The position numbers and the translations under genes were made by a program. From an uncultured Chloroflexia bacterium (GTDB lineage: Bacteria; Chloroflexota; Limnocylindria; Limnocylindrales; CSP1-4): DNA of 64,000 nt. Positions 36,550-46,417 of the stretch are shown one piece after another. Each line of letters opens with the position of its first letter. Within the stretch, counting starts at the first letter, position 1. The stretch covers positions 142,885 to 206,884 of the forward strand of contig CAVOVX010000007.1 in the NCBI GenBank assembly GCA_963699965.1. Reading direction: 5' to 3'. The notes under the pieces were generated by a model. The model was not told the origin of the DNA, did no database searches, and was given only the letters and a program-made list of their open reading frames with translations.

Positions 36550-37779
36550 ATGGCACGCAGCCTCGACCGGCCCCTGCGCGACCCGTGGGTGATCGCCGCC
36601 GTCCGGACGCCGGTCGGCCGCTACGGCGGGGCGCTCGCGAGCGTCCGGCCCGACGATCTCGCGGCGACCGTGCTCCAGGCGGTCGTCGACCGGGCCGGTC
36701 TCGACCCGGCGCTCGTCGAGGACGTCATCCTCGGCTGTGCCAACCAGGCCGGCGAGGACAACCGGGACGTGGCCCGGATGGCCGTGCTCCTGGCCGGGTT
36801 CCCGGTCGAGGTCGGTGGCCTGACCGTCAACCGGCTGTGTGGCAGTGGGCTCCAGGCAATCAACTCCGCCGCCCATGCGATCCAGGTCGGCGACGGTGAG
36901 GTGTTCATCGGCGGGGGCGTGGAATCGATGACCCGCGCGCCGTATGTCCTGGCCAAGCCCGAAGCGGCCTGGGAGCGCGGCCCGCGCGAGCTCCAGGACA
37001 CGACGCTGGGCTGGCGGTTCGTGAACCCGAGGCTGGCCGAGCGGCACTATCCGTACTCGATGGGCGAGACCGCCGAGAACGTCGCCGAGCGCTGGTCGGT
37101 CGATCGCGAGCGCCAGGACGCATTCGCCCTCGACTCGCAGCGCAAGGCCGTCGCTGCGATCGAATCCGGTCGGTTCGACTCGCAGATCGTGCCGATCGCC
37201 GTTCCCCAGAAGAAGGGCGAGCCGATCGTCGTCGCCCGCGACGAGCACCCGCGAGCCGACACCAGCGCCGAAGCCCTGGCCCGGCTCCGGCCGGCGTTCC
37301 GCGACGGCGGCAGCGTGACGGCCGGGAACTCGTCGGGGATCAACGACGGTGCGTCGGCGGTCCTGCTCGTCGAAGCCGATCGGGCGAAGCGGCTCGGCCT
37401 CAAGCCGCTGGCCCGGATCGTGTCGACGGCCGTCGCCGGCGTCGACCCGGCGATCATGGGCATCGGGCCGGTCCCGGCCACGCGCAAGGCGCTCGAACGG
37501 GCCGGGATCGAAGTCGGCGATCTCGACCTCGTCGAGCTCAACGAGGCGTTCGCCAGCCAGTCGCTCGTGTGCATCGACGAGCTCGGGCTCGATCCGGCCC
37601 GGGTCAACGTCAATGGCGGGGCGATCGCGCTCGGCCATCCGCTCGGGATGAGCGGCGGACGATTGGTGACGATGCTCGTCCACGAGCTCGTCCGGACCGG
37701 CGGCCGCTACGGCCTGGCGACGATGTGCATCGGCGTCGGCCAGGGGATCGCCACGATCGTCGAGCGGATCGAGGGCTAG
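36550..37779 (+). CDS. acetyl-CoA C-acyltransferase (3-oxoadipyl-CoA/3-ketoacyl-CoA thiolase, PaaJ/PcaF-like)
   Basis: ATG at 36550. Motifs: [27 protein letters not shown] (active-site Cys), [45 protein letters not shown]. Confidence 0.9.
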   Translation: MARSLDRPLRDPWVIAAVRTPVGRYGGALASVRPDDLAATVLQAVVDRAGLDPALVEDVILGCANQAGEDNRDVARMAVLLAGFPVEVGGLTVNRLCGSGLQAINSAAHAIQVGDGEVFIGGGVESMTRAPYVLAKPEAAWERGPRELQDTTLGWRFVNPRLAERHYPYSMGETAENVAERWSVDRERQDAFALDSQRKAVAAIESGRFDSQIVPIAVPQKKGEPIVVARDEHPRADTSAEALARLRPAFRDGGSVTAGNSSGINDGASAVLLVEADRAKRLGLKPLARIVSTAVAGVDPAIMGIGPVPATRKALERAGIEVGDLDLVELNEAFASQSLVCIDELGLDPARVNVNGGAIALGHPLGMSGGRLVTMLVHELVRTGGRYGLATMCIGVGQGIATIVERIEG

Positions 37780-37922
37780 CCGCCAGCCCACATCCCGCGC
37801 GCCGGGCCAACTGATCCGGTCCTAGAGGGGTGTGGGCAATCCGCCGGTAGCTCAGTGGGATCGGAGCGATTGCCTTCGGAGAGCGCCACGGCCGGCGAGA
37901 GCGGACGGCCAGCGATCCTGGA

Positions 37923-39393
37923 CTACCCGAGGACCGTGCTGCGACGGCCGCCGTCGTCGACCGTCGCGCGACCTGTCGACAACTCGACCTCGAGCGCGCA
38001 CGACGCCTCGGAACCCTCCCATCGCAGGCAAAGGGATCGGCCGGCGGCGACCTCGACCCGAAGGGTGCCGTCGAACGCGGGGTGTGTATTCCGAAGGCGG
38101 ATGAGGTCGAGCAGGCGGCCGACCACCGGGCGCTCGAGCGCCGACTCGATCTCGTCGGCCCGGTAGTCGTGGCGATTGATGGCGCGGCCCTCGCCCGTGC
38201 GCTCGACCGCGGCCGTGTCGTTCGCGCCCGCGAGCAGGCCGACGTAGTAGATCTGCGGGACGCCCCTGGCGAAGAGCTGGATCGCCCGCGCTGCGAGGTA
38301 TCGGTCGTCGTCCGCTTCCAAGCGCCGAGTAGTAGGTGCAGTTCAGTTGGTGCACATCGACCTCGGCCGGGTCCGTGCCGGACAGGATCCGGTTGACGTT
38401 TCCGCCTCGCCGTCTGACCCGATCGGCCAGGTCGAGCATCTCCGCCGGCTCGAGGATGCCGTCGAGGTCCGGACGAACGGGGATGCCGTCGTGGCAGTCG
38501 AGGCTCGGTGAACTGCCGGTCGGGCGAGCGGGCCAGGTGCGCCGCCAGGCGATCCGCCGTCGCCCGTTTCGAAGGCGTGCAGCAGCAGGCCCGGCAGCAC
38601 GAAGTCGTACGTCCAGTACCCGTGGCGGGTCAGCCGTTCGTGGGTTGCATAGCGGTCGTGGACCTCCGGAAGCACGACCAGCCCGAACGAATCGGCCACC
38701 TCGGTCGATCCAGTCGAGGAACTCGTAGATCTCCGGCTCGACCATGAAGCAGGTCGTGCCGGGCTTCTTGATGACGTACCCGACGGCGTCGAGCCGAACG
38801 ATGCGGACGCCATGATCGGCGAACGATCGCAGCCAACCGCGTGATCAGGGAGCGCGTCGCCGGCTGCGTGACATCGAGGTCGATCTGCTCCGACCAGTCG
38901 GCCGTCCCGAACGACGTCCAGAGTCGCTCCTGTTGCCCGGTGTCCTCGATGGTGACGGTCGAGAACGGGCGCTCGGGCTTGCGCAGGAAGATCCGCGCGA
39001 CATCGTCTCCGGGCGGCTCGCCGTCGGGCCACACCTTGTCGAGCGTGATGAACAGGTCGGCGTAGCGCGAACGCGCGACCGTGACGCTGGAAGTCCTGGA
39101 ACTCCGCGGCTCTGCGCGAGAGATGTGGTTGATCATCACGTCGAGCAGCACGTCGTGGCGGCGCGCGATGCGCCCGATGTCCGCCCACGTCCCGAACCGC
39201 GGATCGATGTCTCGATACGTCAGCGGCGCGAAGCCGCGGTCCCCGACGACGGGAACGGCGGCAGGACGTGGACGCCGCGGAAGAGGCCGTCCAGCGGCCC
39301 ATCGAGCAGATCGCCGAGCGCGCGCAGGTCGCCGCCCAGCGAGTCCGGGTAGGTCAGCAGCTGCGGGCGAGGCGCGACGCGCATGGGGTGCAT
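37923..39393 (-). pseudogene. GH13_18 sucrose-phosphorylase-family enzyme (sucrose/glucosylglycerate phosphorylase-like), at least 5 frame changes
   Basis: Stitched pieces: MHPMRVAPRPQLLTYPDSLGGDLRALGDLL...[30 protein letters not shown]...VLLDVMINHIS, AEFQDFQRHG, YADLFITLDKVWPDGEPP...RLWTSFGTADWSEQIDLD, IRLDAVGYVIKKPGTTCFMVEPEIYEFLDWI, FGLVVLPEVHDRYATHERL..GYWTYDFVLPGLLLHAF, LDCHDGIPVRPDLDGIL, VDVHQLNCTYYSALG, RAIQLFARGVPQIYYVGLLAGANDTAAVERTGEGRAINRHDY. Confidence 0.8.
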
Positions 39394-39505
39394 CGGGTCG
39401 GGCGCGCTCTCGGCGCTCGAGGGCGCGTCAGACGCGCGCGATCGATGTCGGCGGCACCGACCGGCCGCCGATGGGACCGATCGCGATGCGCGGTGAACCG
39501 CATCG

Positions 39506-40332
39506 TCATCCCTTCACCGACCCTTGGAGCAGCGCGGTGATGATGTGGCGCTGGAACAGCGACGAAGAGCGACGAGCGTGGGCACGAGGATCAGGATCGT
39601 GCCGGCGCACAGCAGCGGGATGTCGGTCGCGTAGTGGCCCTGGAACGCGCCGAGCGCGCCGGCCATCGTCCGCTGCGTCGGGTCCTCCACGAGGACCAGC
39701 GCGAGCAGGAACTGGTTCCAGGCCCAGATCGACATCAGGATCCCGAGCGACGCGATCGGCGCCCGCGCCAGCGGGACGTGGATCCGCCAGAACAGGTCCC
39801 ACGTGCTCGCGCCGTCGACGCGGGCCGCCTCCGAGATCTCGCTGGGCATGTTCACGAAGTGGGCACGCATCCAGAACACCGCGAACGGCATGAACAGGCC
39901 GATCAGCGGCAGCACGATCGCGAGGCGCGTGTTGAGGATGCCCATCGCGCGGGCCAGGTAGTAGAGCGGCGTGATGATCCCCTCGAACGGCAGCGTCAGC
40001 CCGAACACGAACAGGAGCAGCAGGAGACGCGCGCCGGGGATGCGGAGGAGCCCGATCGCGAACCCCGCCATCGTCGAGATGACCAGGGACACCGGCACGA
40101 CCGCGAGCACGATGAACACGCTCGACGCGAGCAGCGCCGTCATGTTCGCGACCTTGAACGCCTCGACGAAGTTGCCCCACTGCGGATCGGCCGGCCATTC
40201 GAGCCCGCTCGGAAGCGTGCCCGACGGATGGAGCGCGGTCGTGAAGATGCTGAGGAATGGCAGGATCGTGATCGCCATCAGCGCCAGCAGCAGCGCCCGA
40301 CCCGCGTAGAGCTCGCCCCGGGCGATCCTCAT
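39506..40332 (-). pseudogene. carbohydrate ABC transporter permease (MalG/CUT1 type), frame change near the 3' end
   Basis: MRIARGELYAGRALLLALMAITILPF...EAARVDGASTWDLFWRIHVPLARAPIASL (EAA loop)...ILILVPTLV, then one frame over FQRHIITALLQGSVKG-stop. Confidence 0.8.
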
Positions 40333-41267
40333 CGGTCGCCTCCCCGCGTCAGGCGCTGGATCGGGAGGATGATCGACCAGGACGAGGACGATCAGCGACG
40401 ACGGCGAGCGCCGAGGCGAGGCCGACCTGGCGCTCGAGGAAGGCCGAGGAGTAGATCTGGATGCCGGGCACCGTGGTCGACTTGCCGGGCCCGCCCGCCG
40501 TCGAGACATAGACGATGTCGAACGCCGCGAGCGCGGCGATGATCGTGACGGTGAGGCAGACGCCGATCTCGTACCGCAGACTCGGGACCGTGATCGACTG
40601 GAACTCCTGGAACCAGCTCGCGCCGTCGATCCGCGCCGACTCGTAGAGCGCGGCGTCGATCTTCGTCATGCCGGTCAGCAGCAGGACGGTGCAGAACCCG
40701 AGCAGGACCCAGATCCCGATGAGGCCGACCGCCGGCAGCGCGGTGTCGAAGTCGCCCAGCCAGGCGCGGGTCACGTCGCCCAGGCCGATCGCGGTGAGGA
40801 ACTGGTTGACGAGGCCCGGTCAAGGCCAGCAGCCAGCCCCAGATGATGCCGGCCGCGACCAGCGGGATCACCTGCGGCAGGAACAGGACCGTCCGGGCGG
40901 CCGTCCCGAGCCGCCCGGTCGCCACCCGGTGGATCACGCTCGCCGACGACGAGCCCGAGCGTCACCGGGATGAAGCTGAAGAACACGACCAGCCGGAAGG
41001 CGTTGAAGATCGTCTCGCGCAGGTCGGGATCGCTCAGGACGGTCGCGTAGTTCGACAGGCCGACCCAGGTCGCGGGACCGACGCCGTCCCAGCGATAGAA
41101 CGAGTACTGGACCGTCAGGACCAGCGGCTGGAGCACGAACAGCGCGTACATCGACAGGGCCGGAAGCACGAACAGCCAGCCGACGAGCGCGTCCCGGCGG
41201 ATCCCCCTCAGCAGGGAGATCCGCCGGGACGTCCGAAGCGACGAGCGTCCGAGTCGCCCGGTGTCAC
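40329..41267 (-). pseudogene. carbohydrate ABC transporter permease (MalF/CUT1 type), at least 3 frame changes
   Basis: GTG at 41267 after GAGGAG. Pieces: LLRGIRRDALVGWLFVLPALSMYALFVLQPLVLTVQYSFYRWDG, TVLFLPQVIPLVAAGIIWGWLL, YESARIDGASWFQEFQSITVPSLR (EAA loop), AAFDIVYVSTAGGPG. The stop overlaps the malG-like ATG (ATGA) at 40329-40332. Confidence 0.75.
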
Positions 41268-41299
41268 GCGTCGCTCCTCGATCGTGCCCTGTCGAGACG

Positions 41300-42739
41300 T
41301 CAGGAGCCCGCTGGCGAGCTCCTTCGCGTACTCTGCCTGAACGGCCTTGAGCAGGCCGGCTGCGTCCTGCTTGCCGCCGACCATCTTCTGGAGCTCCGGC
41401 GTCCAGCCCTGGGCGAAGATCGAGCCGGTCGCGTTGGCGATGAAGTCCATCGCCCCGTTGGCCTTGGCGACTTCCGCGCCCGCAGCGAGCGTGTCGTTGG
41501 TGACCGATCCGGCCGCGACGGGCGGGATCGCCAGGTCCGCCGGACCGCCGGGGTTCGAGCCACCGCCCGTCACGTTGATCTCGCGTGCCTTGTCGTTCGT
41601 GGCGACCCAGTTGAAGAAGAAGGCCGCGCAGTCGGCGTGCTTCGCGGTCTTGCGCGATGCCGAACGTCAGCGGTGCCGACATGGCGGCCAGGGACCCGCC
41701 AGCCTCGCGCCGGCGGGAACACGAAGAAGCCGACGTTGCCGGGCTGGTCCTTGTCGTAGACCGCCGTTCTGCCAGTCGCCGTTGAACATGAACACGCCCT
41801 CACCCTTGCCGAAGCGGGCGTTGGCGTCGGTGTACTCGATCGCGTTGGCGTCCTTCGGGAAGTAGCCGCTCTTGATCCACTGCTCGAGGTGCTGGGCCGC
41901 GGTGAGGTTGCTCGGCGTGTCGATCGTCGCACCCTTGCTTCTGGAAGATCCAGTCGTTGATCGGCTGGGTCGGGCCGTACGCCGCCATCAGTTGCTGCAG
42001 CGGGAACGCGAGTCCGCCGCCGCTCTTGGCCGACGTTCCAGACCATGATCGGCAGGAGGCCGGCCGACTTGGCCTTGGCCAGCAGGGCCTCGAACTCGGC
42101 GACCGTCTTCGGCGGCTCGGTCATCCCGATCTGCTGGGCGAGCTTCTTGTTGTAGAAGACACCCGTCAGGCTGTTGTTGAGGCCCATCGCGTAGAGAGAC
42201 CCGGAACCGCGGGTGCCGTCAGTGCTGACCCGGTTCTGCACGAGCTGGGCGGCGGGCCACTTGTCCCAGCCGAACGCCGTCGCGTAGTCGTCGAGGTTCT
42301 TGAGCAGGCCGTCCTTGACGAGCGAGATCAACGTCGGCAGCCGGATCAGGTCCGGCGGGTTGTCGCTCGACAGCAGGCGCGGCGTCGAGGTCATCAGGTT
42401 CGAGAACTGGTCCTGGCTGATCTTGAACGTGACGTTCGGGAACTGCTTGTGAACTCATCCGCGAGCGCGGGCACGGTCGGGAAGCCCGTCTCGAAGACGG
42501 CATTCAGCTCGACGCGGATCCGTGCCGCAGGTCGGGCCCTGCGGCGGCAGCGCTGGGCGGACGGCGCGCGCGGCGCTCGCCGCGGGGGTTGCCGGAGTGG
42601 TGGTCGCCGCCGACGAGGGTGACGACACCGTGCCCGGTGCTGCGCAGGCCGCGACCATGAGGGTCGCGAACGCTGCGACCACGAGGCGAGCGGCCGGCAC
42701 CGAGGCGATCACGCCTCCGTGCGATCGGTTCCTGGCCAT
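41300..42739 (-). pseudogene. ABC transporter extracellular sugar-binding lipoprotein, at least 5 frame changes
   Basis: ATG at 42739 after AGGAGGAGG. Signal plus lipobox: MARNRSHGGVIASVPAARLVVAAFATLMVAACAAPG. Pieces in three frames: RIRVELNAVFETGFPTVPALADEF, KQFPNVTFKISQDQFSNLMTSTPRLLSSDNPPDLIRLPT...DDYATAFGWDKWPAAQL...GVFYNKKLAQQIG...AKSAGLLPIMVWN, GFFVFPP, and DAAGLLKAVQAEYAKELA. The exact 3' end is uncertain (41208-41300). Confidence 0.75.
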
Positions 42740-42797
42740 GAACGCTCCTCCTCCTGTGTGCCTCCCTGAGGACTGGGTCAAGGCGTTCGCGGGGTCC

Positions 42798-43836
42798 TCA
42801 TGCACGGCCCTCCTTCGGGGGCGCCGTGGTCCCACGGACCACGAGCTCGGGCGCCAGGAGCGCAACTGGCGGCTCGTCGGATCGCTGGTCGATCTCGGAC
42901 AGCAGGATCTCCGCGCCGCGGCGCCCTGACTCGAATAGTTGCTGGCGGATCGTCGTGAGGCCGACGTAATCGGCCGCCTCGATGTCGTCGTAGCCGATGA
43001 CCGACAGGTCGTCGGGGACGTGGAGGCCGGCCTCGCTCGCCGCGGCGATGACGCCGAGAGCCTGGGTGTCGCTCGCGGTGAAGATCGCGGTCGGGCGTCG
43101 TTCGGCGGTCAGCATCCGGCGGGCGAGCGTCACGCGCCTCGTACCGGCCGTGGGCGCCGTGGCCGATCCATTCCGGTCGGGACATCGACGCCCGTCCTGG
43201 CCAGCTCGTCGATCAGGCCGTGCTCGCGATCCCGGCTCGAGGTGAACCCGAATGGATCCGCCGACAGCGTCGCCGATGAAGCCGATCGCGCGATGCCCGA
43301 GCGCGAGAAGGTGGCTCGCGGCGAGCGCGCCGCCGGCCACGTCGTCACCGACCACGCGCGGCATGGCCGCGATCGGCGGCCGAGTGGACGTCGATGAACA
43401 CGACGGGCACCGGGCCGCGACTGAGCCCGGAAGCGGCGTCCTCCGGCGGCGGCAGGGACATCACGAGCAGGCCGTCGGTCCGCTGCGACTGGGCGAGCGT
43501 CCCGAGGTAGTGGTCGCGCTTCTGGACCGACTCGACGTTGTAGATGACGAGGTCGAACTCGCTGTCGGTCAGCACGGCGTCGACACCGCGAAGCCGTTCG
43601 GCGGCCTGCGGTCGAGTCAGGAACGAAACGACCACGCCGATCGTCAGCGTCCGACCGAGGCTGAGGCGTCGGGCGGCCGGGCTGGGCGTGAAGCCCAGCT
43701 CCTCCATGACCGTCAGGATCCGGTCGCGCGTCTGCGGGTTGACGACCTGGCTGCCGTTGAGGGCTCGCGAGGCGGTCGCGACGCTGACTCCGGCCTGACG
43801 CGCAACGTCGCGGATGGTGACAGCCTTCTTCGTCAC
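42798..43836 (-). pseudogene. LacI-family transcriptional repressor, at least 4 frame changes
   Basis: GTG at 43836. HTH: VTIRDVARQAGVSVATASRALNG. Then TIGVVVSFLTRP, DGLLVMSLPPPED, VPVVFID. In other frames: VVGDDVAGGALAASHLLALGHRAIGFIGD, FGFTSSRDREHGLIDELARTGVDVP, PTAIFTASDTQALGVIAAASEAGLHVPDDLSVIGYDD. Confidence 0.8.
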
Positions 43837-43849
43837 GGCAGGCCTCTGC

Positions 43850-43881
43850 GTTGAAACCGGTTACATGAGACCGGTTTCAAC
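43850..43881. promoter_or_regulatory. probable LacI-family operator: 12-nt inverted repeat GTTGAAACCGGT-8 nt-ACCGGTTTCAAC
   Basis: Perfect inverted repeat with arms at 43850-43861 and 43870-43881, starting 14 nt upstream of the lacI-like GTG. Each arm contains an AACCGGTT core typical of LacI/GalR half-site pairs. Confidence 0.6.
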
Positions 43882-43966
43882 AGACTAGCAGCCTGGTCAA
43901 GATGGGTTGATGGTTCTGTCGATGGGACCTTCGGGCCACGGCCGCCCGGTCATTTCGACGTGATGC

Positions 43967-43995
43967 TTGCCGAAACTCAGGCCGGTGCGTACGAT
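43967..43995 (+). promoter_or_regulatory. candidate promoter for the Fe-S carrier gene (TTGCCG-17 nt-TACGAT)
   Basis: TTGCCG at 43967-43972, a 17-nt spacer, TACGAT at 43990-43995. GGAGGA lies about 10 nt before the ATG at 44041. This is a sequence match only. Confidence 0.35.
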
Positions 43996-44040
43996 GAGCT
44001 CCTACGCCAACCGAACGCCCCCGTGCGGAGGACGCAGCGC

Positions 44041-44421
44041 ATGCTCGAGACCCAGCCGACCTTCCTCAACCTGACCGACGCTGCTGCCGGCAAGCTTCGG
44101 GAGATCACGGCCGAGGAAACGAACCCGAACGTCGGCTTGCGCGTCTACGTCTACAGCGGCGGCTGCTCGGGTTTCAAGTACGGGATGATGATCGAGGATG
44201 CCCCGACCGAGGAGGACCGCGTCCTTCAGGCGAACGGCGTCACGGTCTACGTCGACGGCAAGAGCGTCGACCTGCTTAAGGGCGCCGAGATCGACTACAT
44301 CGACACGCTGATGGGGGCCGGCTTCACGGTCAACAACCCGAACGCGGTCAGCGCCTGTGGCTGCGGCTCGAGCTTCCGGACCGCCGAGGACTCGGGCAGC
44401 CCGCGGAGCTGCTCGCACTAG
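44041..44421 (+). CDS. HesB/IscA/ErpA-family iron-sulfur cluster insertion protein
   Basis: 126 aa: LTDAAAGKLREI, LRVYVYSGGCSGFKYGMMIED, FTVNNPNAVSACGCGSSF (the C..CGCG cluster-ligand pattern), followed by a short extra tail. Confidence 0.85.
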   Translation: MLETQPTFLNLTDAAAGKLREITAEETNPNVGLRVYVYSGGCSGFKYGMMIEDAPTEEDRVLQANGVTVYVDGKSVDLLKGAEIDYIDTLMGAGFTVNNPNAVSACGCGSSFRTAEDSGSPRSCSH

Positions 44422-44446
44422 GCTCGACCCCGCTCCTCCGTCCGAC

Positions 44447-44473
44447 GAAGCCGCCGGCCCGTCCGGCGGCTTC
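44447..44473 (+). terminator. stem-loop terminator candidate after the Fe-S carrier gene
   Basis: GAAGCCGCCGG-CCCGT-CCGGCGGCTTC (an 11-bp perfect stem), followed by TCGATTCC. Confidence 0.6.
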
Positions 44474-44507
44474 TCGATTCCCGGGCCGATCGGCGAAGAT
44501 TGAGTCG

Positions 44508-45296
44508 ATGGAGATCCCGCTGTTCCCCCTTCACACGGTGCTCTGCCCCGGCGTCGCCCTGCCGCTCCACATCTTCGAGCCGCGCTACCGGGCGATGATC
44601 GGTCGCTGCCTTGAGGAGGGAAGCCCGTTTGGCGTCGTGCTCATCCGCGACGGGCGGGAGGTCGGCGGCGGGCCGACGAGCATCGCGACCGTGGGCACGA
44701 TCGCCGAGATCCGCGAGGCGGGCAAGTTCAGCGACGGGCGTTACGAGCTGCTGGTCGTCGGTGCGCGCCGGTTCCGGATCGAGTCCGTGACGGTCGGTCG
44801 CGAGCCGTACCTGGTCGGCGACGTCGAGGAGATCGCCGAGCTCGTCGGGGACCCGGCGACCGCCAGGACGTTGACCGAGCGGGTGACCCAGCGCTTCGTC
44901 CGCTATCTCAGCCTGCTCCAGCCGGTCGAGGGCGAGGACGCCGAAGAGATCGACGTCCGGGTCGAGGTCGAGCTCGAGGACGATCCGGAGGCGCCGCTCA
45001 GCACGGCGCGCGAGATCCCGCTGGACGACCGGCCGGAGCCCGACGATGACGCCGACGAGCTCGATCGAGCAGCCCGCCGGGCCGCGATCCCTGACGACCC
45101 GACGATCCTGTCCTACCTCCTGTCGGGCATCATCCAGGTCGACCAGCCGAAGCGGCAGGAGCTGCTCGAGGCGCCGACGACCGAAGCCCGCCTGCGCGAG
45201 CTCGTCCGGCTGATCGACCGGGAGGTCGTCCTGCTCGAGCGTCGGCTGCGCAACTTCACCGTCGACCCGCGGGCGACCGCGCTCCGCCGCAACTGA
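44508..45296 (+). CDS. stand-alone Lon N-terminal (LON substrate-binding/PUA-like) domain protein
   Basis: IPLFPLHTVLCPGVALPLHIFEPRYRAMIGRCLEE..PFGVVLIRDG...GTIAEI...DGRYELLVVGARRFRI, then an acidic linker and a C-terminal helical region. Confidence 0.85.
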   Translation: MEIPLFPLHTVLCPGVALPLHIFEPRYRAMIGRCLEEGSPFGVVLIRDGREVGGGPTSIATVGTIAEIREAGKFSDGRYELLVVGARRFRIESVTVGREPYLVGDVEEIAELVGDPATARTLTERVTQRFVRYLSLLQPVEGEDAEEIDVRVEVELEDDPEAPLSTAREIPLDDRPEPDDDADELDRAARRAAIPDDPTILSYLLSGIIQVDQPKRQELLEAPTTEARLRELVRLIDREVVLLERRLRNFTVDPRATALRRN

Positions 45297-46417
45297 TGGG
45301 TCTCGGCATTCGCGAGGCAGGCGAGGCAGAGCTCGAGGACTGGGACGACCGGACAGTCGCCGCCGAGAACGGCACGGTCCACCAGTCGCAGGCATGGGCG
45401 GCCTACCGGGCCGGCTTCGGCTGGCGGCCGCGCTTCCTGGTCAGCGACGACGGCGGTCGCGTACTCGCGCTCGCTCGACCGTGGCCGTTGATCGGGAGCG
45501 ACGGCGTCTACATCTCGCGCGGGCCTCTCCCCGAAGCGGACCCGAGACTCACGGCCTCGCGGCTTGCGGCCGTGACCGGCTGGCTGGCCGAGCGGGGCGC
45601 GTCGGTCGTGGCATCGGACGCCGAGGTCCCTGCCGACTCCGGGTACGGGGAGCTCCTGGCCGCGGCCGGCTTCCGCCCGATCGACGAGATCCAGCCGTCG
45701 CGCCATCGGCTCGGCGTCGACCTGACCACCGCCCGCGACGCAGCGGACCTCCTGGCCGGGTTCAGTGCGACCACTCGGAACATGGTCCGGGCCGCCGAGC
45801 GGAGCGACCTGACGATCGTCCAGCTCGGCCCAGTCGATCGCCAGCGTCGGGCTGATCCCGAGGCGGCCGAACGCTCGGCGGCCGAGCTCGACGCCGAGCT
45901 TGGGGTGCTCTATGTCCAGATGCGGGCGACCGCCGAGCGGCGCGGCTTCGGGCTGGCCTCGGCGGAGCGGTTCGGCGACTGGTCCCGGCGGGTGTTCGCC
46001 GCCGGCCAGCTCGTGTACGTCGCTGCCCATGAGCCTGGCGGCGGGCTCGTCGCCGGTGCGACGTTCTATCGTCACGGCCGTCGCTGGACCTATGCCAACG
46101 CCGCCGACGACCCGCGCTTCAGGAAGCCCTATCCGGGCGCCGTCCGGCTGGTCGTCTGGGAGGCGATGAAATGCGCTCTCGCCGAGGGTCGAGCAGAGAT
46201 GGACCTCGGCGGGGTCGACGTCCCCGGGGCACGCCGGCGGCCGGTCCCGGACGAACCCGCCTACGGCATGCTGACCTTCAAGGAGTCGTTCGGCGCACGC
46301 TGGATCGAGCTGGCTGGTGCCCACGAGCGAGTGCTCCGGCCGTTCCGCTACGGGCTCGGCCGGGTCACCCAGCGGCTGGCCGCCGTCGGGGGTTCGTCGG
46401 CGGGCCGGACCGCGTAG
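45296..46417 (+). CDS. FemAB/MurM-like peptidoglycan-bridge aminoacyltransferase-family protein (GNAT-type fold)
   Basis: 373 aa: HQSQAWAAYRAGFGWRPRFLV, TTRNMVRAAERSDLTI, ATFYRHGRRWTYANAADDPRFRKPYPGAVRLVVWEAM, DLGGV, GMLTFKESFGARW. Confidence 0.7.
   Translation: MGLGIREAGEAELEDWDDRTVAAENGTVHQSQAWAAYRAGFGWRPRFLVSDDGGRVLALARPWPLIGSDGVYISRGPLPEADPRLTASRLAAVTGWLAERGASVVASDAEVPADSGYGELLAAAGFRPIDEIQPSRHRLGVDLTTARDAADLLAGFSATTRNMVRAAERSDLTIVQLGPVDRQRRADPEAAERSAAELDAELGVLYVQMRATAERRGFGLASAERFGDWSRRVFAAGQLVYVAAHEPGGGLVAGATFYRHGRRWTYANAADDPRFRKPYPGAVRLVVWEAMKCALAEGRAEMDLGGVDVPGARRRPVPDEPAYGMLTFKESFGARWIELAGAHERVLRPFRYGLGRVTQRLAAVGGSSAGRTA

Noticed and set aside
37841-37910. A complete tRNA gene after the thiolase.
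   Set aside because: Only a D-arm and a loop-like heptamer are recognisable. The anticodon stem does not pair, and there is no T-arm or acceptor 3' strand. It is reported only as a tRNA-like fragment in the findings.
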